A stretch of 64,000 bases of DNA, taken from the NCBI GenBank assembly GCA_001949185.1, contig BDGG01000002.1, positions 2,725,826 to 2,789,825 of the forward strand. The letters are read 5' to 3'. Positions 14,610 through 26,688 of the stretch are shown piece after piece (the first letter of the stretch is position 1; the number at the start of each line of letters is the position of its first letter). Both the position numbers and the translations under genes were made by a program. This DNA comes from Ramazzottius varieornatus. Its lineage: Eukaryota; Animalia; Tardigrada. The notes beneath the pieces were generated by a model that did no database searches, was not told where the DNA came from, and was given only the letters and a program-made list of their open reading frames with translations.

Positions 14610-16181
14610 ATGAACAAAAAAACCAAACGCACTTCTATGTCTAGTTACAGCGTCCGCAGAAAGGCAAAACTTATCTGCTCGTGTTGTAGCTTATCGTGCG
14701 AATGCCAAGCGAAACGGGAAGAAAACTTTGTGCCTCCTGCCACTGTCCGCAAGGCGAGAAAGCTCAAAAGAGCGGCACCGTTAAATACAAAAATTTGTTC
14801 TCGATGCGACGTTACTTTGTTTTGCACGGACGCTGACTCTTTGTGCTGTGGGCGAACTCTGAGAAAGCAGGAGCCATTGATCCAACTTCCTGATGTACCT
14901 GCTGCATGGATTGCAATACTTTCGATCACTGCTTCCGCGACCCATTGTCGACAGTATAATAACCACTTTGCATTTAGTGCTATTGCTTCAACACATGGAA
15001 TGAATCGAGTTCCTGGCGGTCCATCCAATCTCATTTTGCATGGCAAGACGTACCACCGTATCCTACCGGGCTAATGCGAGTCGGGACCCTTGAGGTTCTT
15101 CCTGTATGATAGACTGAGTAATAGTAATGGTAAGGTTCATCTGGAAGTTCACTGGGTTGAAACTATTTTGGAATAAGCTGAAATCTTTATCGGAAGAGAC
15201 TGCGAGGCTTGGAGGAGCTCGTGAGATTGCTGCGCTGATTGTAATTGATCCCAGCAAACCCATCAAGGCGAAGACCATAGTTTATTGGCGTCGGACCTGT
15301 TTTCATCAGTTCCAAATATGAATTGTATTTTCCACTTCAGTACGTACTGATAGCGCCTGATGGGATACCTGGATGGAGCGAAGAAATCAAGTACGATTAG
15401 CCAAGTAGCGTATTACAGACAACTGTTGATGCGGCACAAACCGATGCATATGTTCGGATCACTGATTAACAGCTGAGGAGCGATGAAACGATTAACGCGG
15501 ACGGTGAGAATAAGATTGGGCGAGTTTACCTCACCTCTGAGTTTCTTGGATCTCCACGCCATCAAAGTTAGTTGTTGATTCATTAGCTATTGTAAAGAGT
15601 TTTGGGAATCCCACCTTTTTTATAACAATGTCCTGCAATCCCAAATGGCCGCTTCCCATGAAAAACTTGCTCAGCTTTTTGAGTTTATTCCAAAGGCCCT
15701 CAAGTGTGGAAAAAGTATCTGTCGAATGCACGTAATTGAATTTCAGAAACGTGGTTTTCCACATGCTCACATTGCTATCAAAGCGCAGAATGAGCCTAAA
15801 ACGGCAGAAGAAATCGACGCTGTCATTAGCGCCTGCCTCCCTCGTGATAACCCGCCGTTAAAAGGAATTATAGAATCACTGTACATCCATTCCTGCCGAC
15901 CAGAACGGTGTCACAAAAAGCAGAAGATAACGAGTAATTACAAAGAACCGCGCTGCGACCAGGGATACCCTTTTGTCCTAACGAACAAAAGTTACATCGA
16001 TGAAGCTGGGTATGTTCGGCACAAACGTCAAACGCAAGAGAACCGGTCAGTAGTGTCGTTCAACCCAGAATTGACTTATGCACTGGACTGCCATATCAAT
16101 GTGGATATATCCCGAAGTTGGCTGACATCGACCCTAAGGCGCCACTCAACCCAGAAGCCCGTAAAATACCCATTACATTAG
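14610..16181 (+). mobile_element. Decayed Helitron Rep coding remnant
   Basis: CRQYNNHFAFSAI...GGPSNLILHGKTYHR (Helitron N-terminal-like); FGNPTFFITMSCNPKW at 15601-15648 (Rep motif 1); VIEFQKRGFPHAHI (HUH motif 2); VVSFNPEL...CHINVD. Broken by stops and frameshifts; no catalytic YxxKY or PIF1 helicase part seen. Confidence 0.9.
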
Positions 16182-18126
16182 TACTTTAATACTGTGCTCC
16201 ACCCATCCTACAAATACTTTCCAAAGGATTCCTGGTCTCCATCGAAGAAGTGAAGAAGGCCGACAAGAAAGTCAAGACCAAAGAATGGCGTGAAGTGATC
16301 ATCAGAGTTAAGACTATTGAGGAGGGACGAACCCTCATTCTACGAGGACCACCGGTAAAACCACCTCACCGAAATACTCGGAGCAACAGCATGCAAGTTT
16401 ATTTTATCTATTTCAGGCCGTCATTTTTGCGAAGGAAACATTTGCGCATGAAATCCTGGTGTTGAAAGGATTACAACTCGTGAAGGACTCTTTGGAGACC
16501 ACACCAGGAAAATTCCTCTGGTACACGAACAACGATATTTCCAAGCATGAACTCAAGGAGTAGATGGATGAGCAATTGAACATGTAGTTTTTCATCTAGC
16601 AATTTTCCATCTAGTCATCTTTCTGGTTGTGCAAACCAGAAAGCAGCCACACTGAGCAATTGAAAATGCAGCAACAACCCGTAAGCAAACACAACTTCAC
16701 CTCCGTCAAGACCTCTGCATTTTTCCTGCACTTTTCCATCCCAACTTTACAACCCGTTTATCATAAGTTAAATCCGGTCATTACACCTCGATCCTTCCAG
16801 TTTTTTCTACATCATCGACAAGCTGCGAGCGAGCCGAAGGCAAATCGAACAGCTTGTGTTATATTAAGATTACATCCGAACTCTGGCAGCTCGGCTTTAT
16901 TGAATCAAAATTATATTAGGTCGAGATACCCTTATCCCAAAACCACTAGCTGCTGAATATGGCCCTGCTGGAGCGTGAAACACGAGTTGAAGTGGTTGAC
17001 TGATTGCGTTCCCCTGACAAGTAGGCAGGGTGATATGGCCTTTTCATTTACATGTCTCAAATACTGTATTTTGCTTTCTAGGTGAAGTGGATTAAGCATG
17101 TCCCTTCTGGGACCGTCTACATCCTGTTCTTCTGCGACAGTCCGAAGATGGTCACGCTATATGCAGCGGATAACACGGACGCGACGGATGACGTCCAACG
17201 TTTTCTGATGGGATTGGAACGAATGTGGAGGAAGCCCTTGCAGAGCCAGGCAGTCAGCTCCCGGTAGGTGAAGTAGATGATGATGCAACTGCTTCCATGT
17301 CAACACAATGGGCAAGCAACGGCAGTGGCTTCAAAAGCTTTCACGTCGAGAAAGAAACCAGTTCGCTTACTCTCGGATTCATCGGCTTCTTCCGATGGCG
17401 AATCAAAATCCGATGGTATAAACTTGAAGCCACAGAAGACAGAGTCGAAAGTCCCTCTAACCCTCAGCGGAAGTATGAAGCCTTCTCCGCCACGAAAGTT
17501 CCCAAGCTACGACGAAGCGTCCAAAGGGTATGAGAAACGCAAACTAGAACTCGAATCCTAGAAGATCAATATTGCCCGACGAAAGATAATGACTATGGAG
17601 AAGATCGCTGAGTACCAACATGCGGAGCGTATGGAGGCCTTAAGCATCCAGCGACTGATTTGGCCGCCGTCTTGAAAATTATGTCGGCTGGAAATTTCGT
17701 GCCGTCGGCCTTAATCGTCAGGTTGATGGTCATGCCTTCTTTGTCACCTTGTGGACGCTTCACAGGTACCGGTGACAGTTCCGCTCAGCGAAAGAGAAGC
17801 TTCAGCTTCTCCCAACAATTTCAGGACTGATGTTTCGGGCTTACTCCTACCTGTTTCACTCCTTTCGGAGACAAAGTATCGTCTCCTGGAATAACCAGGC
17901 GGATCATGGTTTCGTCTGAGTTACGGATGCGGCTCTTTGGGGTATTCCTGGTGTAAACGTACTCCTGGATTTGAAGGAAGAACAAGCGGGAAACGAAAAC
18001 TGAAATTAAATGTAAATTAAACCAGGTATTTATCGACTGCAAACAACTATGTGAAAAGGCCACACCCGGGGGGCTCATCACGCTAAGTGGGTCCGAAAAG
18101 TGACCCAGCTGATCAGCACTTTACAG

Positions 18127-18871
18127 TAGAGCATGGAATCTGGCCGCATGCGCTGCACTGCACTGCAGCTGTGCTGTGCTGCAGTACAACCGCAGCGCAT
18201 GAACTGACGAAATTTGTGCAGCACAGCACAGCATACAGCAGAAAGCTATAGACTACCGCGCAGATGCACCTACCGAAACCTGACAAAAATTACAGTTTTT
18301 GGGCATTCGAACGTCAGCCGTCTCAGCTTTGCCGCACTTTAGGACAACGTTCTCCAGGTTGACTACCGATTTCGCTGACTGAATTACAAACCACGTCAAT
18401 ACATCGGCGTTCCGCGCAGTTGCCCCAGGTCAACGTGCGTCTGCAGCACAGCTGCTTAGCCACTGGGCTTGGAAGTTGTGCAGCACAGCGCAACGTACAG
18501 CACCCTGGTAATGTGCGCAGCACAGTCACAGTGTACTTTTGGACCTGCGGCCCAGTGCTCTACTTTACAGTAACTCCTAAGCACGTTACGGGTAGAAAAA
18601 ACGCTTTTTCAGGGAAAGCTTGCGCGACCAGTCGTTGTTCTATGACGAAGCAGAATAGATCTAGCAAATAAGGGTTGGATAACTGCCACTAACCGGGAGG
18701 TCCTTAGTACGAATATCAGAAACTCTCTTTTTGGGTCATTTGCAGCTGCGCTACCGTAGCTGGCCAGGCGCTGCACACTGTGCTGCGCTGCATACAAAGG
18801 TCCAAGTGAATGCTGTAACTGCGTTGCCGCATAGCGCAGCTGCAGTGCATGCGGCCCGAGCCCGGGCTCTA
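18127..18871. mobile_element. TIR element rich in GCAGC/GCTGC/GCACAG motifs (hAT-like MITE)
   Basis: Ends TAGAGCATGGAATCTGGCCGCATGC versus reverse complement TAGAGCCCGGGCTCGGGCCGCATGC; internal motif reiteration on both strands. Confidence 0.7.
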
Positions 18872-19391
18872 GCGTACGGACCGCAATTTAACACTTAAAA
18901 GGCCAAGGGGGCACCCCGGTTGCTGGGCGCAAACCAAAAGCCTTGCGGAATGGCATCTGCTCAACCTTTTCGTCTCGAATTTTCGCGTTTGCTTTCAGAA
19001 ACTTCGTCGCTTCCAGTTGAAAAAAATGTGATCTGGCTAGTAGCTTTCTGAAAATTTCGAGAGAATATTTTGTTTTTGACCAGCGTCTCGTTTTTGTAAA
19101 TTTCGTCTTGAGTTGACAGACCGAATTTTTACTTAAGACCTGGTTGACGAAAAGCCTCCTTAAAGGTTGGACAGAGAGCTAGTGCATTGGTACCATCTTA
19201 GAAGCTTCAGTATGTTCTGTGCTGCGTGACCAGTGGTAATGAGAAAATCTGGCACTTTGGTTCACTTAGTGGCGGATTTCACTCGAAAAATGCGAAGCGT
19301 ACATGTGGTGATTGGTCCGATCTAACCCGACCCCATAATGTCAGCCAGTTAAAAGTTGTGGAAGGTCATCTACCCCCCTAGTACTCCCAGA

Positions 19392-20014
19392 TAGTGCTGT
19401 CAAAAATACGATAAAATTCGATACGGTATTTTTCGATAAAATATCCGCAGGTATTTTATCACGGTCTTCGATATTCGTTTGGTATCGATATTTCAATACG
19501 ATGTTTTTCCCATACCGTATTTTCGATATATCGTATCATATCGCAGCGATATATCGATATTTCTGCAATTAGAGTTTGTTCAGAACTTCACTGGGTTGAA
19601 GACCAAGATTCCAAGAAGCCGATTCCCACATCAAGTATTAGTAAGATCGAAAGCGTCGGATACAGCAAAGACATGACTATACCAAGACTTCAAACACATG
19701 GAAACCTGGGCGGAATTAGTACCAGAACCGAATGGGCGGAGTATGCTCGGTACACCATGGACAAACTCAAGTCTTTGAAATCAACCGTGGTCTTCTGTAA
19801 ACGATATATCGCTGGCGAGTTTGCCATTCAGCGAAATACCGATATTTCGAAAATATATCGATATGGCGCGATACGATAGCGCCGAATATTTTATTGCTTT
19901 GCTCGATATGAGTATCATATCGATATTTTTGATACGATATCTGCCGCATATTTTATCGCAAAGATTCGATATGTTTCGATACGATATCGACATGCCGTAT
20001 GGTTGCCAGCACTA
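19392..20014 (-). mobile_element. hAT-like MITE (ATATCG-rich), copy 2, inverted relative to copy 1
   Basis: TAGTGCTGTCAA ... TTGCCAGCACTA; the ORF-track peptides at 12010-12201(-) and 19673-19879(+) are near-identical. Confidence 0.85.
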
Positions 20015-21479
20015 GTTGATAAATTTAGTATGGAGCGACCTGCGAGTTGGATATCTTCAACTATGGCTCCCATCTAATTTAACACTAATAAATACCCCAC
20101 CTCAGTCGAGGTATCTAATAAATATTAATATGACATAGACGCAAGAAGCTTCTAATAAGTTCTGATTAGTTTAACATTCATATATGCATAACATCACCAC
20201 CGGAGACTAAAGCGCATGATCAAGCTCTTGACTGAAATCGTCCCAAGCGGAAGTAGGAAGGGCTATGCATCTGATGAAAAATTACAGGTTGGATCTGTAC
20301 AATGTAGACGAAAGACCAATCAGGGGAAGAACGCATCGGAAACTCTGGCGCGACCGCGCCAGCACACAAATGTAAGATGCTACGTCCAGATCTGGAAACA
20401 AACAAAGCAGCCCATAGTCTATTCCATTCGTCCGTATTAATTTAAGTACGATTTTCGTAACTTGAAACTTGGGCTTAAGTTGCGGCATTATCGAGAAGTA
20501 ATGAATCTAACGATCTTAAACACGACAAAGAAAACGTAAACAGTGCGAATCGAACTCGGTGCCTTCTCTGCCCATCGCCTTATCGTATGGGACAGCTTGC
20601 GTCATGACCCACCAGATTTTATGGCAAGCTGGTCTCAGACGGAGGCGAGGTTTAGCAGCACTCCAGTGCTCAGGCCGGAGAGTACGAATTCACTTATGCC
20701 ACTCCCCAGTGTTGGCGATACAATGTATTTTAATGCATAATGCAGAATTCAATTCTGATATCGCCCGCTGTAGCCATAGACTTAGCATGGGCGACCGGAT
20801 TCGAATTAGTTCCGCTGTCGTATCGGAACAACACTGCCACTCCCCTGTAGATTGGCATTGGTACAGATTAGGTAGACTGGTAGAGATACCCAAGGGGACT
20901 CTGAATCGCAAACGTATCACAGAAAGCTCGAGCTCCAGACAGCCCAATCCTTCACTCAGGATGATTCCCCGATTTTTCCTGATTTTTCTAATTTTTTGAC
21001 GAATTATTTCAAGTTTCTGATGAGTCATGAGTCGTGATTTCGGATGTGATCATTCAATTCTGTACTAATCATTTGAAGATATTAGCGTATTGATTGATAG
21101 AAATTTGATAACCCTGTTGATAGTACCACTTGACGGCACTGCACGATCAACAGGGTATACGGAGACCCGCCAGCCACGGGTCTGTCACTAGATCAACTAC
21201 CAAAAGTTGACCATTGTTCTTTCTAGACTGACCACTGGTGGCTGACCATTCGTGGTGCTCGAATGACCATTGGTTTTAGTAGGTCGGCAGCTGTGAAAAG
21301 AACCAGTGTTAGCTGACCGCTAGTGTACCAGGCTCGCTGCTGTACGATATAGGCGATTTTTATAGTGTACGAGGTGCTGGCAGTCGCTGGCGCTGCTCAT
21401 GCGGCGTATAAGCTACAGCTTATGTGAGGTCGAACCGCGTACGTACAACAGACGATTAATGTGTGGAGACCCCTTTCAG

Positions 21480-21661
21480 TGCCAAGAAATTTCCCTTCGC
21501 CCTTCCGCCATAAGCTCAGGCTTGCCATAGTTTGTCCCAATGCTACAAAAGGAACACAGTAACACAAGCAACAACCCAATGAAATCAGAAGTGAATGAAC
21601 CCCAAGTATCCCTTCTTTGATCTTTCCGCCATAGACTCAAGTCTGCCATAATTTGTCCCAA
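21480..21661. repeat. Imperfect direct repeat, two copies, period about 121 bp
   Basis: CCTTCCGCCATAAGCTCAGGCTTGCCATAGTTTGTCCCAAT versus CTTTCCGCCATAGACTCAAGTCTGCCATAATTTGTCCCAAT. Confidence 0.75.
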
Positions 21662-22442
21662 TCCAAGGGTTTAGAATGCCTGAACAGCTTTCTACGATGA
21701 CTCCAGCGGTCTATGATTCATTCTAAACTTCGCTAGAATGCCAGCCTTTTGGGCGGAGCTCTCGCAAAACCGCTGTGTACAGCGTAGAGCCGCAAAACAT
21801 GAAAGCGGTAGAGATACTTGCCCCTATTGACGAACACTGCATTGGTTTGATACCTCAGAGGCCACGCCCTGCTGCAGTTGCGACTAGTTTGGCCGGTCTG
21901 GCTTGCACGGTTCGGCCTACCGGGTGACGCCGAAAGAGAGAAATCTACCGAAATCGTACATTTGAGCCGAGACTGGAATGCGTACTAGTCCAGCAATGAA
22001 TTCGTCGCTGAAAGACTAACGTGAGGTACATACGCGTTCCTCTACGTAATCTATACTCTCTGGTCAGGCTATCAGCCGCAGGACTACTGCTACCGTAGCT
22101 CGTTCGGGCGGTCACCGTCAAAAACTGGCAGTATATTCGGCGATCGTAAGAAAAATTTGTAGAAAGACTTCCGAACAATTGCTCTGTACATGATGGCTCG
22201 TCATAGAAGCCCCGAATCGGCTTGATAAAGGTGTACATGTCTGTCTGCACGCATCTCTTACAAACAAAAGTGATGCGCAGAGAGTTTAAATTCAGATTCA
22301 CTTACGGTCAAGGATGCCCGCCACTATTATTTTAATAATTGTTATAGATAATTGAAAATGGCCGAAAATCGGCTCTTTTGAATTTTACTGTCATAATTAG
22401 AATTGCCAAACTTAGCCGACGGATTCTATTCTGTAGTAAAAT

Positions 22443-22909
22443 TAGTCCTCCTCACAACGAGCTGCTTATGTCGCAAACGGATGATCTGAAATTTGAGTTT
22501 GCTCGATCAACGGAATTTAGTCGTGAGTGAGGCGAAAGTGGATTTTTCGCAAGTCTCGGAAACGGGACCGGAAATGCGCGGGGTAGGTTTTTAGGCAAAC
22601 TTTTCCTCCTGAATAAGTTTGAATTCATGGTTTTTCTCTGGCTGGTCTCTGTCTCCGATATCCCCGACCCTAATAGGTGTCAAGAAGCCCATACGCGAAA
22701 CGATATCTCGCAACGTGAAGCACTGTGCAGACAGAAATCAACCGAGACATGAAAATTTTAAATTTTGAGTCAAGTGTGCAGAGAATAATCCGTTTTCGCT
22801 TTCAATATAAGCGACTTGGGGGATGCTTACCGTGAAAGCGAAACTTCGTAATCCACTTTCAAGATCAACACAATCAACGGAGTTTTACGGCCTGTCGTGA
22901 GGAGGACTA
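22443..22909. mobile_element. MITE with TIR TAGTCCTCCTCAC
   Basis: TAGTCCTCCTCACAAC at 22443 and GTCGTGAGGAGGACTA ending at 22909; non-coding interior. Confidence 0.7.
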
Positions 22910-24658
22910 TTATAGTGAAACTGGCTGGATGGTGAGATAGTAAAATAGACAATTTGAATTAGGCCAAACTGCAATTAATGCGGGCCTCAAATGCGGAAAA
23001 AGAAAACTGCGCGATCGATGGCATTTTTTGCATGGTTTCTATTGTTTGACATTAGAAAACATCCGCGAAACGTACCCTAGGTACTGCGTGTAAGGTCAGT
23101 TTGCGCACCGGGTTATGCAAAACGAGTTGCGCCACATATAGTTTCGTTTCGCGCACCGTGAATTGTGTGTTTTGTTATTCTGCGGTGCATTGATTCAACG
23201 ACCGAAGAGCTAGCAGTGCGTCAGCATGGCGTGAAACATCCCGGTTTCCATCGCCCCGCAATTAAAATACTGTAATTAAAATTATTGCTGCTGCCAACAT
23301 GTGTAGAATTAATAGATAATAGACAAGTCTACAAGAACCGTTTCCTGCAATTAGAGTTATGAAACCTGGTAGAATTTTAATAATCGTATTCTGTAGCGGC
23401 GGGCAGTTCAGTGTTTTCACATGACTCATCAGCACGCACAACGGTGTATTGACTGACTGCGTGCATGAGTCATGTGAGGAATACAGAACTGCTCACCGCT
23501 TCATAACTGACTGTAAATTTAAGGTAGCAGAAGAGAAGTTTAACCGTAGTGGGCAATTGGGCATCCCTGCTAACGGTGTTTAAATGAAAGGTGGTACGTC
23601 CAGACAAACATTTTCTTGCTTCACCGAGTACCGCCCGAGCGAGCGCGACTCGCTGGAGGCCCGAATGCGACCTGTCCACCGATTCTGGAAGCAACTGAAG
23701 CTGACACGGACTGCTCCTCTTTTGCTTCTGTTCTAGATTATGGATGGTTATCTTGTCTACGGACGGTACTATAGTGCTGATATCCCGGACAAATGATCGA
23801 GCTTGATATTAATACTCATCTTAACGGAAAAAACACCGAAGGCTGGGTCGCATTCCGCTTTGAATCCCGCATGTCCCTCGTCGTACAATGATGCCAATCG
23901 AAGAGGGAATCTTGACAGTCTCACGCACGTAGAGCTCGACCTCGCTACCAGCGATCCGGACATCCGGCTCTCTGCTGTTACTGCGCCAGTGCGCCTGTGT
24001 GGATTCCTTAATTTGTCACAAGACAGAACGTGGCTAATGTCACAGTGCAGTATACTTAACTTCGTTATGATGTGCGTCAAGAGAGAGGTCTCAGAGGAGC
24101 TGCAATGTTAAGCTCAGTTTGATGTATGATTCTCACAAGTAGTTGTGATTTAGTGCAGGTTCGGTGCAAGCCAGCCGCCTTCACCATTACGTCCTATAGG
24201 CAAACGAAAGTCGAACTTGTTACACACGCGCAGCGGACGTCAAACTCGAAATACCATAGCGTAGCCTAAAGATTCAAGGTAGCTTAATGAATTTGCCATC
24301 GAATGGTATCAAATTTATTTTAAAACCTATATGTATAACGTGCATACGATTTCGCAAAAAGGCAGGTAGGTCGAGGAAGAGCGATGCATGTCATTGCACA
24401 CAGCAGCGCCGCCCTGGTCTGTCTAACGCACACTCACGCTCAGATACTCCCTACAGCTGAGCTTCCTCCTGACGACTCGGAATGCACTGCAAGCTTACAG
24501 CACAGTAGTCTTTGTGTCAAAAGAGTAATCAACTATTCCTTACATCACACTGCATGTGCTTCTGAAAAGTCGCGCAGACATGCGCGCAAGTTGACCGGGC
24601 GAAAATCTTTCTTCCATGGAAAAAATCCAAATCGGACACAATGAAGCTTTCAATCCAG

Positions 24659-25174
24659 TAGGGTTGTCAAAAACCAATTCAGCTACGGATCGATCCGGAT
24701 AGAATTCGGATAGGATGGGCTTCCCATCCATCCAGCGGCCAACCGGATGGAATTCCCATCCATCCGAACGCAGTCCGACCATCCATCCATCCAACTTTCT
24801 ATCCGGATAGAACCATGGCTTGGACATGGACCTGGACCAGTTCACCAATTTGAAATCGATCAAAGCCGGGAGCAATTCGGACTTTGTTCCGCTCGAAAAC
24901 CCGAGGTCAGATCCAATACAAGCAGGTCGCTGGGGTCGTCATCTCAAAAACTATATAAGCCCCCTTCTCACAGAAACTTTTTTTGTGTAAAGGTAGGCTA
25001 TAGGGTGTCCGGCAGTAGGCTGTCCGGTTGGGAACGGGATCATCTGGATAGGCGGTCAATTCATCCATCAGCCATCCGACTAGAGATCCCATCCATCAGA
25101 AACAACCCGGTTGGCGGTTCCATCTATCAGCCCATCCATCCGCTTAACCATTTAACCACCCATTAACAACCCTA
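24659..25174. mobile_element. hAT-like MITE with CATCC/GGATG subterminal repeats and an 8-bp TSD
   Basis: TIR TAGGGTTGT...ACAACCCTA; flanks CAATCCAG / CACTCCAG (7/8 match). Confidence 0.85.
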
Positions 25175-25344
25175 CACTCCAGTATCTTAAAGTTGATTTC
25201 AGTAAATAAAAGAAAGCTGAAAAACCACAGACGGAGTGAGACAGCATAAAATCGTGCGATCTAATCTCTTGAGGAGGGATGACCAGACGACAAGGAAATT
25301 TAGCTGTCTCGTGCTGTAACTCAGACAAACTCCATTAACAAAAT

Positions 25345-25855
25345 CCAACTCTGCTAGAGAAGTTGCACTTTGCGCGGATGGTTTGAACAAACGACAGTTT
25401 GGACAAAACGATTGCATTTAGAAAAGTTTAAACATTCAAGATTTGTAATTCGCCTCGCGATTCACGAAACGAAGGGGGGCTTCGTTCGTGAATCACGAAG
25501 AAGTCACCCGTAGATTTTAAACATGGACGAATTGCCGTCAGTAGTGCCCTGGCTGGCCGAAGCACTGGGAAGTGTGATCGGTGCCCGGACAACACAGGAC
25601 TTCCACTCCGGACAATCAGTCAATCAGAATTGCATTTGAGCCGGCTCCTTTTTAACTTGGTGGGCTAATTACTGCCGAACAGACCACCTTGGCCAGTAGC
25701 GGTCGTTTGTCCCATCGTTTTCCTCAAACTCGCTCGCGTTGTGCAACTTCTCAAAGCTTCCAGCGAATGCTTTCATGAATTTCGATTTTCAAAATTAGTT
25801 AGTTCTCATTTGTTCAAACCATCTGCGCAAAGTGCAACTTCTCTGTTATGGAGCT
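25345..25855. mobile_element. Probable foldback/MITE with about 45-bp inverted arms
   Basis: AGAGAAGTTGCACTTTGCGCGGATGGTTTGAACAAA near 25356 and its reverse complement TTTGTTCAAACCATCTGCGCAAAGTGCAACTTCTCT near 25808. Confidence 0.6.
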
Positions 25856-26688
25856 TTGGTGAACGGTACGCCTGCCATTTGCATTTAAAAGCACAAAGTT
25901 CGCGATCGTTCTGTTCTTTTCACAGTAAAGGTGAAACGTTCATTTCAGCACGAGTACGTTTAGTGCATGTCTTCTGTACTATTACCGTTTGTTCGATTGT
26001 CAGGTAGGCCATAAGCCCCTCCAGGCGTCAAAATTTACTTACTTGTTGGCCTGCTTTCTTTGACCAGGTATAATATCGGGTCGCTCGCAAGTTGGACCAC
26101 ATATAAATAAGGTAGTAATCCTGTCCTTCATGCGTATGCGCCTTGTTTGTACAGTTGACGACAGTCCAGCTGGAGCAGCTCTCTAGTCAGTGGTCGTGCA
26201 CCAAACAGGCACTGTCAGCCTTTGCCGGCAAATCATTTTGTATGACCGCCACTGGTCAGAATCAAAAATCAAACCGTCTGGTTGCCCTCTTGCCTCACTA
26301 GCCTTCTGCTCTGTGGTAATGTACATACTTTACCAGTAATGCGCTGAATAGAAGTACACGAAATTTCCACTTAGGTTACGTGGAGCAAATCAGGATTGTG
26401 CTTGGGTTGATCAATGCTTCTTCCGCTTCACGTTATAAAGGCAGTACCAGAAGGTTCCGCTTACCTTAAGCTCAACAGAGCGGTCTGGTTCGTGTTATCA
26501 GTTGAGCGACTTAAATACAATAAGGACGTCTGTGTATGTGCATATTGCGAGATTTCAGTGGTGGAAAGGATCGATGCATCATTTCCGGGCACCAGTTCAG
26601 CATTTCTTATCAGATTCAAAAGGACGATGTAGACTCATCGAACTTTATTGCGGGATCTCCTGCTCGTCATCTCCCGCTTTGCTGTGAT

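Noticed and set aside
20216-24644. Short ORFs between the MITEs and the opsin gene
   Set aside because: No recognisable domains, no consistent splice structure, and interspersed with repeat fragments.
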